A stretch of 64,000 bases of DNA from Anaeromyxobacter sp. (GCA_049840735.1 JASGJN010000020.1:480001-544000), one strand, 5' to 3'; shown: positions 1 to 10,187, counted from the first letter of the stretch. The notes: generated by a model from the letters alone, not told the origin. A program made the numbers and translations.

Positions 1-2
1 CC

Positions 3-2603
3 CGCTGGACCGCCGCCGCGGCCTCGCTGCCGCCGGCGCTGCTGGCGCTCCACCTGGCCAGCAGCGGCCGCTACGCCGAGCACTGGCCGCTGGTGCTGGG
101 GTTCCTGGCGGTGGTGGCGGTGGGGCTGGCGGCGGTGGCCGCCTGGCAGGGGCCGGAGTGGCTCCACCTGGCTGGCGGGGCCACCGTGCTGCTCACCCTG
201 GCCGGCTTCCTGGCCGGGAACCACGCGCAGGCCCGCGAGGCGTGGCCAGCGCTGGGCTGGGCCACCCTGGGGCTGGCCGCCCTCTACCTGGCCGCCCCGG
301 CGGTGCTGGAGCGGCTGGGCCGGGCCTTGCGGGCCGAGGGGCGCCTGGCGGTGCTGACCGCGCCGGCCACGCTCTTCGTCTTCGCCGCCATGGCGCTCAC
401 CCCGCAGGGCGCGGCCCCCGCCGGCCTGCTCCTCCCGGCGCTGCTCGTCGCCGCCGCCAGCTCCGCCGTGGCGGTCTGGCGCGCCGAGGGGCGGCTGCAC
501 CTGCTCGGCGCGGTGCTGCTGCTGCTGGCGCTGGTCTGCTGGTCGGCCCAGCACCTCGACGCGACCACGCTCCTCCCGGCCCTGCTGGCCTACGCCGCCG
601 CGGGCGGCCTGCTGCTCGCCGCCCCGCTGCTGGCCGAGCGCCGCGGCCGCCCGCTGGCCGGCGGCGCACCCGGCCCGTTCCTGCTGGCCGCGCTGGGGCT
701 CCTGCTGTTCGTGGCCGGCGGCCCGGCCGCGCACGCCGCCGTGGCCAGCCTGGCCGGCCTGACGGCGCTGGCGGCGCTGCTCCAGGCCGCGCTCTTCTTC
801 GAGGCCTGGCGCGGCCGCTCGGCGCTCTTCGCGCTGGGCGGGGTGGCCATGGGGTTCGTGACCCTGGCGCTCTGGGCGCTGACCGGGCTGGCCGGGGCGG
901 TGCTGCCGGCGCTGGTGGCCGGCGCGGCGCTGGCCGCGGTGGCGCTGGCCGGCTCGCTGCTGGCGGGGCGCCGCGCAGCGGCCCCCCAGCTCGACGTGGT
1001 GCCGCACCTGGCGCTGGCCGCCCACCTGCTGGTGGCGGTGGTGGCGGCCCGGCCCGCGCTGGCCGCGCCGGCCTGGCCCTGGCTGGCGGTGCTGGCGGTG
1101 CTCGACCTGGCCTACCTGGCCGCGGCGCTGCTCCGGCGGCGCAGCGCAATCCTGCTCGGGCCGGCCGCGCTCACGGTGGTGGTCCTGCTCGCCCACCTGA
1201 TCGGGATGGGCGTGGAGCCGCCCTCGCCCACCGTGGCGGGGTGGGCCGCGCTGGGGTTCGCGGCGCTGTTCCTGGGGGCCTTCCTGGCGGCGCGGCGCAC
1301 CGGCGCCGAGCCGGCCGCCAAGGCCGGGGCAGGCGCGGCCGCGGCGGCCACGGCACTGCACGGCGGGCAGCTGGTGCTGCTCCTGGCCGCGGCGCCGCAC
1401 ACCCTCCCGCTCTCCTTCCTGGTCCCGGCCCACCTGGCGCTGGGGGTCGGGCTGCTGGCGCTGGCCTGGCTCGCGCCGCTGGAGGCGCTGGCGGTCAGCG
1501 GCGCCCTGGCCGGTGCGCTGGCCGCGCCGCTGCTGCGCCTGGGCAGCGGCACCGGCGCGGAGGCGCTCTGGCTGGCCACGCCGGCCTGGCTGCTGGCGCT
1601 GGCCTATCCGCTGCTGCGGGCGCGCCGGGCCCCGGCCGAGCGGCTCCCCTTCCTGGGCGCGGTGCTGGCCAGCTTCGCCTACCTGCTGGTGGCCCGCACG
1701 GCCTGGGTGGACCTGGGGCTCTCCGGCTACCTGGGGGCGCTCCCGGTGGCGCAGGCGCTGCTGCTGGTACCGCACCTGGTGCTGCTGCGCCGCCTGGCCG
1801 GGAGCCGGAGCGCGCCGCAGGACCTGGGCCGCTTCGCGCTGGTGGCCGCCGCGGTGCTGGGGCTGGCCACCGTGGCCGTGCCGCTGCAGCTGGAGCGGCA
1901 GTGGATCACGCTGGGCTGGGCACTGGAAGGCGCGGCGCTGGCCTGGCTCTGGCGGCGGGTGCCGCACCGCGGGCTGCTGGTCTGGTCGGCGGCGCTGCTG
2001 GCGGCGGTCTTCCTGCGGCTGGGGCTGAACCCCTCCATCCTCGAGTACGCGCCGCGCAGCGCCACGCCCATCCTCAACTGGTACCTCTACACCTACGCGA
2101 TCTCGGCGGCCGCCTTCTTCCTGGCGGCGCGCTGGCTCTCCGGCGGCGAGGACCGGCTCCTGCCCGGCACCCCGCGCCTCTCGCCGCTGGCCGGGGCGGG
2201 CGGCGGCGTGCTGCTCTTCCTCTTGGTGAACATCGAGGTGGCCGATTTCTGGTCCACCGGGCCGCGCATCGCCTTCGAGTTCTCGGCCGGCCTGGCCCAG
2301 GACCTGAGCTACACGCTGGCCTGGGCCGCCTTCTCGGTCGCCACCCTGGCGGCCGGCGTCGCGCTCCGCTCCCGCGCCACCCGGCTCGCCGCCATCCTGC
2401 TCATGGTCGCGGCGGCGCTGAAGGGCGTGTTCCACGACCTGCACCGGCTGGAGGGGCTCTACAAGATCGGCGCCTTCACCGGCCTGGCCATCGCCCTGGC
2501 CCTGGTGGCGCTGCTCCTGCAGCGCTTCGTGCTGCGGGCCCCACCCGCCGCGCCCGGGGCCGCCCCTGCCCCCGCCGCCCCGCCGCCCCCGGAGAACCGC
2601 TGA
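3..2603 (+). CDS. DUF2339-family polytopic membrane protein (5'-partial, begins before the window)
   Basis: Frame is open from position 3. Over 20 hydrophobic segments, with the C-terminal motifs VPLQLERQWITLGWALEG and QDLSYTLAWAAFS...KGVFHDL typical of DUF2339. Followed by a DUF3999-like gene. Confidence 0.75.
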   Translation, partial: RWTAAAASLPPALLALHLASSGRYAEHWPLVLGFLAVVAVGLAAVAAWQGPEWLHLAGGATVLLTLAGFLAGNHAQAREAWPALGWATLGLAALYLAAPAVLERLGRALRAEGRLAVLTAPATLFVFAAMALTPQGAAPAGLLLPALLVAAASSAVAVWRAEGRLHLLGAVLLLLALVCWSAQHLDATTLLPALLAYAAAGGLLLAAPLLAERRGRPLAGGAPGPFLLAALGLLLFVAGGPAAHAAVASLAGLTALAALLQAALFFEAWRGRSALFALGGVAMGFVTLALWALTGLAGAVLPALVAGAALAAVALAGSLLAGRRAAAPQLDVVPHLALAAHLLVAVVAARPALAAPAWPWLAVLAVLDLAYLAAALLRRRSAILLGPAALTVVVLLAHLIGMGVEPPSPTVAGWAALGFAALFLGAFLAARRTGAEPAAKAGAGAAAAATALHGGQLVLLLAAAPHTLPLSFLVPAHLALGVGLLALAWLAPLEALAVSGALAGALAAPLLRLGSGTGAEALWLATPAWLLALAYPLLRARRAPAERLPFLGAVLASFAYLLVARTAWVDLGLSGYLGALPVAQALLLVPHLVLLRRLAGSRSAPQDLGRFALVAAAVLGLATVAVPLQLERQWITLGWALEGAALAWLWRRVPHRGLLVWSAALLAAVFLRLGLNPSILEYAPRSATPILNWYLYTYAISAAAFFLAARWLSGGEDRLLPGTPRLSPLAGAGGGVLLFLLVNIEVADFWSTGPRIAFEFSAGLAQDLSYTLAWAAFSVATLAAGVALRSRATRLAAILLMVAAALKGVFHDLHRLEGLYKIGAFTGLAIALALVALLLQRFVLRAPPAAPGAAPAPAAPPPPENR

Positions 2604-4624
2604 TGCCCGCCCGCCCGCTCCTCGCCACCCTGGCGCTGCTCGCCGCGCTCCCGGCCGCCGCCGACACGTTCGAGGTGACGCCGGCCGGCGCGGGGGCCCA
2701 GCGGCTGCAGGTGCCGCCGGCCTTCCTCTCCGCCTCGGCGGCCGGCGACCTGGCCGACCTGCGCCTGCGCGACGCCGCCGGGCGCGAGGTGCCCTATCTC
2801 CTGGTGGCGCCGCCGGCGGCGACGCCGCGCTGGGCCGGGGTGGCGCGCATCCGGCCCATCCCACCGGCGAAGAAGCAGAGCGGCGCCGAGCTGGACCTGG
2901 GCGCCGTCCGGACCGTGACCGGGCTGCGGGTGGCCCTGGACGGCCCGGGCTTCCTGAAGCCCGTCCGCCTGGAGGGGAGCGGCGACGGCCAGCGCTGGAC
3001 CACGCTGCTGGCCGAGGAGGTGCTGTACCGCCTGCCGCTGGACGCCGGCGCCTGCGGCGAGGGCTGCGCGGGGCGCACCCTGGAGCGGCGCGTGCTGGAG
3101 TTCCCGGCGGCCCAGGTGCGCTGGCTGCGGCTGGTGCTGGACGACCGGCGCAGCCCGCCGCTGCCCGCGCCGCGCCAGGCCGAGGTCCGGCTGGACGGCG
3201 GCGCGCCCCTGGCGGCCGCCCCGACGGTGCCGCTGCAGCTCGAGGCCCGGCCCGGCGAACCCGGTCACTCCCGCTTCGCCCTGCGGCTGCCCGGCCCGCA
3301 CCTGCCCGTGCAGGCCGTGGCCCTGGACGTGCGGTCGCCGCGGCTGGCGCGGCGGGCCCGGGTGCTGGAGGCGAGGCTGGTGATGGGCCGGCTCACGCCG
3401 GTGGAGCTGGGGAGCGGCACGCTGCTGCGCGTGGAGCGCGACGGCGTGACCGTGGCCGACCTGCGCCTGCCGGTGGATCGGCCCGAGGAGTCCGAGCTGG
3501 AGCTGGTGGTCGAGGACGGCGACAACGGGCCGCTGGAGCTGGCGGCCGCGCGCGCCGAGCTCGCGCCCCTGCCCTGGATCTACTTCGAGAGCCCGGACGG
3601 CGCGCGCCTGACCGCCACGCTGGGTGACCCTGCGCTGCGCCCGCCGCGCTACGACCTGGAGGCGGTCCGGCCCGAGCTCCCGCGGCTCCACCCGGCCACC
3701 GCGATCGCCGGGGAGCGGCGCGCGGAGGCGCTGGCGGTGGAGCGCGCCTCGGTGGCGGCGCCGGATCCGACCTCCCTCGGCGGCGCGCCGCTCGACCGCG
3801 CCGCCTTCCGCTGGTCGCGCCCCATCCCCGCGGCGCCGGCCGGCCTGGCCGCGGTGCGGCTCGACGCGGCCGTCCTGGCGCGCAGCGGCGACCTGGGGGA
3901 CCTGCGCATCCTGGGGCCCGAGGGGCGGCAGGTGCCCTACCTGCTCGAGCGGCGCGACGAGCCGCTGGTGATCGCGCTGCCGCCGCCGTCCAGCCCGGGC
4001 GCGGATCCGGCGCGGCGCGGCCGCTCCCTTCGCACCGTGGAGCTGCCCGAGGCCGGGCTCGGCGGGGGGCGGCTGGTGCTGGAGACCCGCGCGCGCGTCT
4101 TCTCCCGCCAGGTCGAGGTGTACGAGACGGTGGAGCACGCCGGCCACCGCTCGGAGCGGCTGCTGGCCTCCAGCGGCTGGGCCAGCGCCGATCCGGCGCG
4201 CCCCGCCCCGGCGCTCACGCTGGAGCTGCCGGCGGTGGAGGGGCGGACGCTGCGCCTGGTGCTGGACGACGGCGACAACGCCCCGCTGCAGCTCGACGCC
4301 GCGCGGCTCCTCCTGCCGGCCTACCGGCTGCGCTTCTTCCACCCCGGGCCGGCGCTGCAGCTATTGGGCGGCGCCCCCGGCGTCTCCGCGCCGCGGTACG
4401 ACCTGGCGCTGCTGGCGCCGCGCCTGCGCGGCGCGGCCGCCCGCGAGCTGGCCCTGGGCGGCGGCGCCGCCGAGGACGCCGGCGCCGGGGACGCCGCCCG
4501 CGGCCGGCTGATCTTCTGGATCGTGCTCGCCGCCGCCGTGGCCGCGCTGCTGGCGGTGGTGATCCGGCTGGTGGGGCGAGGCGCGCCGCCGGCCCCTGGC
4601 TCCGGCTCCGAGCACTCCGGCTGA
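2603..4624 (+). CDS. DUF3999-family exported protein with internal duplication and C-terminal membrane anchor
   Basis: ATG overlaps the upstream stop (TGATG). Signal peptide MPARPLLATLALLAALPAAA, two copies of DL.DLR....GR.VPYLL / DGDN.PL.L / PRYDL, and a C-terminal TM helix LIFWIVLAAAVAALLAVVI. Confidence 0.7.
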   Translation: MPARPLLATLALLAALPAAADTFEVTPAGAGAQRLQVPPAFLSASAAGDLADLRLRDAAGREVPYLLVAPPAATPRWAGVARIRPIPPAKKQSGAELDLGAVRTVTGLRVALDGPGFLKPVRLEGSGDGQRWTTLLAEEVLYRLPLDAGACGEGCAGRTLERRVLEFPAAQVRWLRLVLDDRRSPPLPAPRQAEVRLDGGAPLAAAPTVPLQLEARPGEPGHSRFALRLPGPHLPVQAVALDVRSPRLARRARVLEARLVMGRLTPVELGSGTLLRVERDGVTVADLRLPVDRPEESELELVVEDGDNGPLELAAARAELAPLPWIYFESPDGARLTATLGDPALRPPRYDLEAVRPELPRLHPATAIAGERRAEALAVERASVAAPDPTSLGGAPLDRAAFRWSRPIPAAPAGLAAVRLDAAVLARSGDLGDLRILGPEGRQVPYLLERRDEPLVIALPPPSSPGADPARRGRSLRTVELPEAGLGGGRLVLETRARVFSRQVEVYETVEHAGHRSERLLASSGWASADPARPAPALTLELPAVEGRTLRLVLDDGDNAPLQLDAARLLLPAYRLRFFHPGPALQLLGGAPGVSAPRYDLALLAPRLRGAAARELALGGGAAEDAGAGDAARGRLIFWIVLAAAVAALLAVVIRLVGRGAPPAPGSGSEHSG

Positions 4625-4812
4625 CCTGACGGCGCACGTCCGGTGCCCACCTTCCCGCGGTGGGGTCAGCTCGCCCAGGTCCGGGAGGTCTGCGCGGTGC
4701 CTGTGGTCCTGACCCGGGTCAGCCCGAGACCCGTGCAATCCGACCTGTCGGACGCAGGGCGTCACCAGGCAAGTCGCCCACTTGCGGGCAGGGACACCCT
4801 CCGGACCGCCGC

Positions 4813-4827
4813 TTGCAAACGCTTGCG
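4813..4827. promoter_or_regulatory. Putative LacI-family operator TTGCAAACGCTTGCG
   Basis: 14/15 identical to the palindrome at 9512-9526. Lies 15 nt before the hemerythrin ATG. Confidence 0.45.
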
Positions 4828-4842
4828 GGAGAAGGACTCGCC

Positions 4843-5259
4843 ATGCCCATCCACTGGAACGCCCAGCTCGCGGTCGGGGTCGAGGACATCGACCAGCAGC
4901 ACCGGGAGCTGTTCGGTCGGATCAACGCCCTCCTGGCCGCCCTCTCCGAGCACCAGGGCAAGGATGAGCTGGACGGGCTGGTCACGTACCTCCAGGCGTA
5001 CGTGGACGAGCACTTCCGGGCCGAGGAGCGGCTCATGAAGACCAGCGGCTTCCCGGAGCGCGTCGCGCACTGCGGCGAGCACGCGGTCTTCGAGAAGGAG
5101 TGCGTGGCCCTGGCCGCCGCGCTGCGCGAGGAGGGGCCGGCCTCGCACCTGGCGGTCCGGGCCAGCCGCATCCTGGTGGACTGGCTGCGCCAGCACGTGC
5201 TGACGCGCGACCGCGCGCTGGGCGCCTACCTGACCGGCTCGCGGCGCACGGTCGCCTGA
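4843..5259 (+). CDS. Bacteriohemerythrin (single domain)
   Basis: W...L.VGVEDIDQQHRELF, EHFRAEE, H...H and WLRQHVLTRD iron-ligand pattern. AAGGA RBS upstream. Confidence 0.9.
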   Translation: MPIHWNAQLAVGVEDIDQQHRELFGRINALLAALSEHQGKDELDGLVTYLQAYVDEHFRAEERLMKTSGFPERVAHCGEHAVFEKECVALAAALREEGPASHLAVRASRILVDWLRQHVLTRDRALGAYLTGSRRTVA

Positions 5260-5320
5260 GCCAGGGTCCTCGCGCGCGCACCGACGGGCCGCGGCCCGGC
5301 TGCGTGCACACCCTGCAGGC

Positions 5321-5713
5321 ATGGCGCACGACCCGGGCCTGGAGACCGCCCCCTACACGCTGCGCTTCACCGCCTCCAGCCGCGCCGCCCGGCTGGCCGC
5401 CACCGCCCTGGGGGCCTGGCTGATCGCCTCGGTCTTCCTGTGGCCGCACGCCACCGACGAGCGCTTCAACGACGTGGTGGTCGGGCTGGTGGTGCTGATG
5501 TTCGCGCCGGCGGCGCTGTGGGCGCCCGCGCTCCGGTGGGTGAACACCTTCGCCGCCGCCTGGCTGCTCCTCTCGGCGGTCGCCTTCAAGCACTTCGGCA
5601 CGCTCAACCAGCTGCACGACCTGGCGGTCGGCCTGGCCCTGCTCGTGCTCTCCTTCATCCACGGCCGCCGCCTGGCGGGCTCGCAGGAGGATCTGGCAGA
5701 GGCGAGGAGCTAG
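5321..5713 (+). CDS. SPW-repeat-like small membrane protein
   Basis: LGAWLIAS.FLW...NDVVVGLVV and AAWLLLS....NQLHDLAVG repeated TM hairpins. Confidence 0.6.
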   Translation: MAHDPGLETAPYTLRFTASSRAARLAATALGAWLIASVFLWPHATDERFNDVVVGLVVLMFAPAALWAPALRWVNTFAAAWLLLSAVAFKHFGTLNQLHDLAVGLALLVLSFIHGRRLAGSQEDLAEARS

Positions 5714-6738
5714 CCTCCCGCCGCCGCGCCCCCTCCCCTGGCCGCGCCCTGCGCCAGCGGCTCGGCCCGGACGCTCGCGACCGAGGCCCGGGCGCGGTAG
5801 GTGTCGAGCACCACCGCCACCACGATGATCGCGCCGGTCACCATCTGGCGCGCGAAGTCGCCCATGCCCAGCAGCAGCAGGCCGTTGTTGAGCACGCCGA
5901 TGATGCAGGCGCCGAGGAAGGTGCCCACCATCGAGCCCTGCCCGCCGCTCATGCGCGTGCCGCCGATCACCACCGCCGCGATGGCCGAGAGCTCGAAGCC
6001 GACGCCGAGGATGGGGCTCGCGATGTTGAGCCGCATCATGTACATGACCGCGGCCACGCCGACCATGGCGCCGGTGAGCGTGAAGGCCGCCACCTTGTAG
6101 AAGGCCGGCGTGTGACCGGAGAGCCGGACCGCCTCCTCGTTGTTGCCGATGGCGTAGATCATCCGGCCGAAGACGGTCCGCTGCAGGATGAACCGCCCCG
6201 CCAGCACCGCCCCCAGCGCCATCAGGAAGATGAGCGGGATGCCTGCCACCGTGGCGCTCCCGACGGCGTTGAACGCGTCCGGGAAGGAGAAGATGGTGCG
6301 CGAGTTCGAGACCTCCAGCGCGGCCCCGCGCGCGATGTTGTACATGCCCAGGGTCACGATGAAGGAGTGGACCTTCCACCGCTCGGCCACGAAGCCGTTG
6401 AAGAGGCCGCAGGCCATCCCCACCGCCACGCTGGCCATCACCGCCAGCAGGATGGCCGCCCAGCCGGGCAGGCCCTCGCGCGTGATGACCATCCCGCCCA
6501 CCACGGTGGCCAGCGCCAGCACCGAGCCGACCGAGAGGTCGATCCCGCCCAGCAGGATGGCGAAGGTCATCCCCACCGCGATGACGGTGTTGATGGAGAT
6601 CTGGGTCAGGATGTTGGTCAGGTTGTCGAGCGACGCGAAGCGGGGGGCCAGCAGCGAGAAGAGCAGCACCAGCAGGGCCAGGGCCAGGCCGATGCCGGCC
6701 TCGCGCATGAGCAGCTGGACGATCTGGCGGGTGCGCAT
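5710..6738 (-). CDS. rbsC: Sugar (ribose-type) ABC transporter permease
   Basis: GGIDLSVGS, YAIGNNEEAVRLSG and ELSAIAAVVIGGT motifs. Start placed at MRTRQ. Confidence 0.85.
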   Translation of the reverse strand: MRTRQIVQLLMREAGIGLALALLVLLFSLLAPRFASLDNLTNILTQISINTVIAVGMTFAILLGGIDLSVGSVLALATVVGGMVITREGLPGWAAILLAVMASVAVGMACGLFNGFVAERWKVHSFIVTLGMYNIARGAALEVSNSRTIFSFPDAFNAVGSATVAGIPLIFLMALGAVLAGRFILQRTVFGRMIYAIGNNEEAVRLSGHTPAFYKVAAFTLTGAMVGVAAVMYMMRLNIASPILGVGFELSAIAAVVIGGTRMSGGQGSMVGTFLGACIIGVLNNGLLLLGMGDFARQMVTGAIIVVAVVLDTYRARASVASVRAEPLAQGAARGGGAAAGG

Positions 6739-6746
6739 GGCGGGCC

Positions 6747-8303
6747 TCACGTCGCGTGCGCGGCGCCGGCCGGAGCCGGTGTGGCGCCGCGGTGCTGCAG
6801 GTGCTCCTGGTAGGCGAGCGACAGGATCCGCTCCTGGCTGAACTGGGCGCGCGCCACCTCGCCGGTCAGCTTCCCGTCGGAGAAGACCAGGATGCGATGG
6901 CAGATCCCGAGCAGCTCGGGCAGGTCGGAGGAGACGATCACCATCCCCTTCCCCGCCGCCGCGAGCCGCCAGAGGAGCAGGTAGATCTCGTAGCGGGCGC
7001 CCACGTCGATGCCGCGGGTGGGCTCGTCGAAGATCAGCACCTCCGCCTCGCGGAAGAGCCACTTGGCGATGACCAGCTTCTGCTGGTTGCCGCCCGACAG
7101 GTTGCGGGCCAGCTGATCCACGCTGGGGGTCCGGACGTCCAGCTCCTTCACCAGCCGCTCCGCCGCCGCGCGCTCCTGCCCGCGCTGCAAGAGCCCGCTC
7201 CGCGCGATCTTCCCGGGCGCGGTGAGCGTCACGTTGACCGCGCAGTTCATGTCCAGGACCAGCCCCTGCGCCTTGCGGTCCTCGGTAAGCAGGCAGATCC
7301 CGTGTCGGACGGCGTCGCGGGGCGACCGGATCGACACCTCGCGCCCCTCGCGCAGGATGCGACCGGCGGCGCGGCGGTCGGCGCCGAAGAGCGACCGCAT
7401 GACCTCGGTGCGGCCGGCGCCCACCAGCCCGGCCACCCCCACCAGCTCGCCGGCGTGCACCGCGAAGGACACCGCGTGCCGGCTGGAGGGCGGGCGCAGC
7501 GCCTCCACCCGCAGGAGCTCCCGCCCCACCGGCACCTCCGGGCGGAACGGGTACTCCTCGCCCAGCTCCTTGCCCACCATCCGCTGCACGATCAGGGGGA
7601 TGGTGGCGTCCGCGGCCCGGAGCGTCTCCACCTTGCGGCCGTTGCGCAGCACCGTGATCCGGTCGCCGATCTCGAAGACCTCCTGCAGCCGGTGCGAGAT
7701 GTAGATGGTCGTCACGCCCCGGGCCTTGAGCCGGGCGATGATGGCGAAGAGCCGCCCGATCTCGCGCGGCGTGAGCGTGGCGGTGGGCTCATCCAGGATC
7801 AGCACCCGGCTCTGGGTGGAGATGGCCTTGGCGATCTCGATGAGCTGCATCTGCGCCACGCCCAGCGTCTCCACGCGGGCGCGCGGCGACACGTCCAGCC
7901 CCACCTCGGCCAGCAGCGCCTCGGTGTCGCGGTAGAGCCGCGGGAAGTCCACCAGGCCAAGCCGGCGCGGGAGCCGCTCGAAGAAGACGTTCTCCCCCAC
8001 CGAGAGGAAGGGCAGCAGGTTGAGCTCCTGGTGGACCACCCGCACGCCGGCCCGCATGGCCGCGGTGGGCGTGCGCGGCGCGTAGGCCTCGCCGTCCAGC
8101 AGGATCCGGCCCGCGTCCGGCGCGTGCACGCCGCAGAGCAGCTTGACCAGCGTGGACTTGCCGGCGCCGTTCTGGCCCACCAGCACGTGGACCTCGCCGC
8201 GCGCGATGTCGAGGTCCACGTCGGCGAGCGCCACCACGCCCGGGAAGCGCTTGGTGATGCCGGCGAGCTGGACCTGGGGTGCGCCTGGGGCGGCGGAGGT
8301 CAC
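6747..8303 (-). CDS. rbsA: Sugar ABC transporter ATP-binding protein (two NBDs)
   Basis: GQNGAGKST, LILDEPT, LSGGNQQK and DEPTRGIDVGA motifs. GTG start after GGAGG. Confidence 0.88.
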   Translation of the reverse strand: MTSAAPGAPQVQLAGITKRFPGVVALADVDLDIARGEVHVLVGQNGAGKSTLVKLLCGVHAPDAGRILLDGEAYAPRTPTAAMRAGVRVVHQELNLLPFLSVGENVFFERLPRRLGLVDFPRLYRDTEALLAEVGLDVSPRARVETLGVAQMQLIEIAKAISTQSRVLILDEPTATLTPREIGRLFAIIARLKARGVTTIYISHRLQEVFEIGDRITVLRNGRKVETLRAADATIPLIVQRMVGKELGEEYPFRPEVPVGRELLRVEALRPPSSRHAVSFAVHAGELVGVAGLVGAGRTEVMRSLFGADRRAAGRILREGREVSIRSPRDAVRHGICLLTEDRKAQGLVLDMNCAVNVTLTAPGKIARSGLLQRGQERAAAERLVKELDVRTPSVDQLARNLSGGNQQKLVIAKWLFREAEVLIFDEPTRGIDVGARYEIYLLLWRLAAAGKGMVIVSSDLPELLGICHRILVFSDGKLTGEVARAQFSQERILSLAYQEHLQHRGATPAPAGAAHAT

Positions 8304-8358
8304 GGGTCCTCCGCACCGCGCGCCGGGCCGGCAGGCCACGGCGCGCGGCGCGCTGGCG

Positions 8359-9306
8359 CTACATGACTTCCTTGGCGGTGACCAGCTTCACCGGCGTCTT
8401 GATCCAGCCCTTGAGGTGCTCACCCTTCTTCATCCGGAACCCGGTCTTGATGCAGTTCTTGGCCATGTCGGGGCCGAACTGGTCGATGGTGGCCAGCACC
8501 TTGCCCTGCTTGATCAGCGCCTGCACCGCCGGGATGTTGTCGAAGCCGACCACCTGGACCTTGCCGCTCTTCCCGGCGGCGTCGAGCGCCTTGACCACCC
8601 CCAGCACCATCGAGTCGTTGGCGGCCATCACGCCCTGCACGTCCGGGTGGGCGGTGAGCAGGTTGGTCATGAGGGTGTTGGCCTCCTCGGTCTCCCAGTG
8701 CGCGGTCTTGGACTCGAGCACCACCAGCCCGCCCTCCTTGGCGGCGCGGTCGAAGCCGGCCTTGCGCATCTTGGCGTTGTCGGCGCCGGGGTTGCCCTCG
8801 ATGATGAAGATCTTGGCGCCCTTGCCCAGCTTCTGCGCCAGCGCCTTGCCCGCCAGGTAGGCGCCCTCGGCGTTGTCCGGGCCGACGAAGACCAGGTCCT
8901 TGAGCCCCGCCTGCGCCAGCGCCTTGTCGTCCAGCTTCACGTCGAAGTTGACCACCGTGATGCCGGCCGCGATGGCCCGCTTGGCGGGCGCGACCAGGCC
9001 CACCGAGTCGGCGGGCGCCAGGCAGATCAGATTGACCTTCTGCGTGACGAAGTTCTCGACCGCGTTGATCTGCGTGTCGATGTCGGTCTCCGAGTTCATG
9101 CCGACCGGCACCAGCGTGAAGGTCCCATCCTCCTTCTCGTACTTGACCGCGCCCTCCTCCATGCTCTTGAAGAACTCGTTCGCGAGCGACTTCATCACCA
9201 GGCCGACCACCGGCTTCTTGTCGGCCGCGCGGGTCACGGCCACGCTGCCAAGCACCAGCACCGCCGCCGCGATCGACGCCACGAGCACCCGACCCAGGAC
9301 TCTCAT
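8359..9306 (-). CDS. Sugar ABC transporter periplasmic binding protein (RbsB/AlsB-like)
   Basis: Signal peptide, VGLVMKSLANEFF, VGPDN, ANDSM and VVGFD motifs. Exact sugar not determinable. Confidence 0.85.
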   Translation of the reverse strand: MRVLGRVLVASIAAAVLVLGSVAVTRAADKKPVVGLVMKSLANEFFKSMEEGAVKYEKEDGTFTLVPVGMNSETDIDTQINAVENFVTQKVNLICLAPADSVGLVAPAKRAIAAGITVVNFDVKLDDKALAQAGLKDLVFVGPDNAEGAYLAGKALAQKLGKGAKIFIIEGNPGADNAKMRKAGFDRAAKEGGLVVLESKTAHWETEEANTLMTNLLTAHPDVQGVMAANDSMVLGVVKALDAAGKSGKVQVVGFDNIPAVQALIKQGKVLATIDQFGPDMAKNCIKTGFRMKKGEHLKGWIKTPVKLVTAKEVM

Positions 9307-9511
9307 CGGCTCTCCTTCGCGGGGGCCGCGCAGGCCCCCGCCTCACGGATGGGGAGACCCCATCCCATCGCCCCAGCGCCGGCGCCCCGTGCGCCGAGCC
9401 GGGTCCACAGCTGCCGGTCGGACGGCCTGCCACCTCCGGTGCGCCCTGCGACTCAGGCGCGCGCCGGCGGCGGGCCGCCGCCCCTCCGTCACGTGCTCGA
9501 CGCATGCTCCG

Positions 9512-9526
9512 TTGCAAACGTTTGCG
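9512..9526. promoter_or_regulatory. LacI-family operator (GCAAACGTTTGC perfect palindrome)
   Basis: Perfect 12-bp palindrome at 9514-9525 with central CG, resembling RbsR/PurR-type sites, about 200 nt upstream of the sugar-binding-protein gene. Confidence 0.65.
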
Positions 9527-9706
9527 CGCCGATCGCAGGCACCATAGCTCGCGCCCGCCGGCCGGTGCGGTCCACGACGGGTTCGCCCCACGTGAGGACC
9601 CCAGGAGCGGGACCCCTGGCGCGATGCGTGCGGCGCGGCCAGGCGCGTGACGCCCCCGCGTTCGTGCTCAGCTGGAAAGGCCCGGCGCTGGGGCCGGCGG
9701 CCCCGC

Positions 9707-10063
9707 TCACCGCTGCCCGGGCAGCCCCTCGCCGAAGGACCGGCTCCGCGCCTCTCCGGCGCGTGCGCCCGCCACCTCGGCCTCGGTGTCGGCGCGGTGC
9801 GCCTCCTCCTCGGCCTGGTCGGCCTGCCGCTCCACTCCGCGCGCCTGCTGCTCCGCCATCGCGCCGTGGTGCCGGCGCGCGGCCGCGAAGTACTCGTCGG
9901 GGCTCACCTCCGCCTCGCGCCGGTTGGCCTCGGCCACGGCCCGCAGCGCCGCCGCCCGCGCCCGCCCGGCCTGCGCCTGCGCCCGGGCGGCCTCCGCCTC
10001 CCGGCGAAGCGCCGCCGCCGTACCCTCGGCTGCCCGCTGCGTCTCTTCCCAGGACCTGGACAT
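9707..10063 (-). CDS. Hypothetical Ala/Glu/Arg-rich coiled-coil protein
   Basis: MSRSWEETQRAAE... has helical composition and fills the intergenic gap. Confidence 0.5.
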   Translation of the reverse strand: MSRSWEETQRAAEGTAAALRREAEAARAQAQAGRARAAALRAVAEANRREAEVSPDEYFAAARRHHGAMAEQQARGVERQADQAEEEAHRADTEAEVAGARAGEARSRSFGEGLPGQR

Positions 10064-10187
10064 GGCACCAAGCTGGCCATGGGCCGGCGCAGGCGCCGCG
10101 CCCCGGGGGAGCGCCCGCCTGCTCCCCGTTGGAGCTCGGCCCCTGCGCGGGGCCGCAGGGCCCATCCGGTTCACCGCCGGTCGCAGC

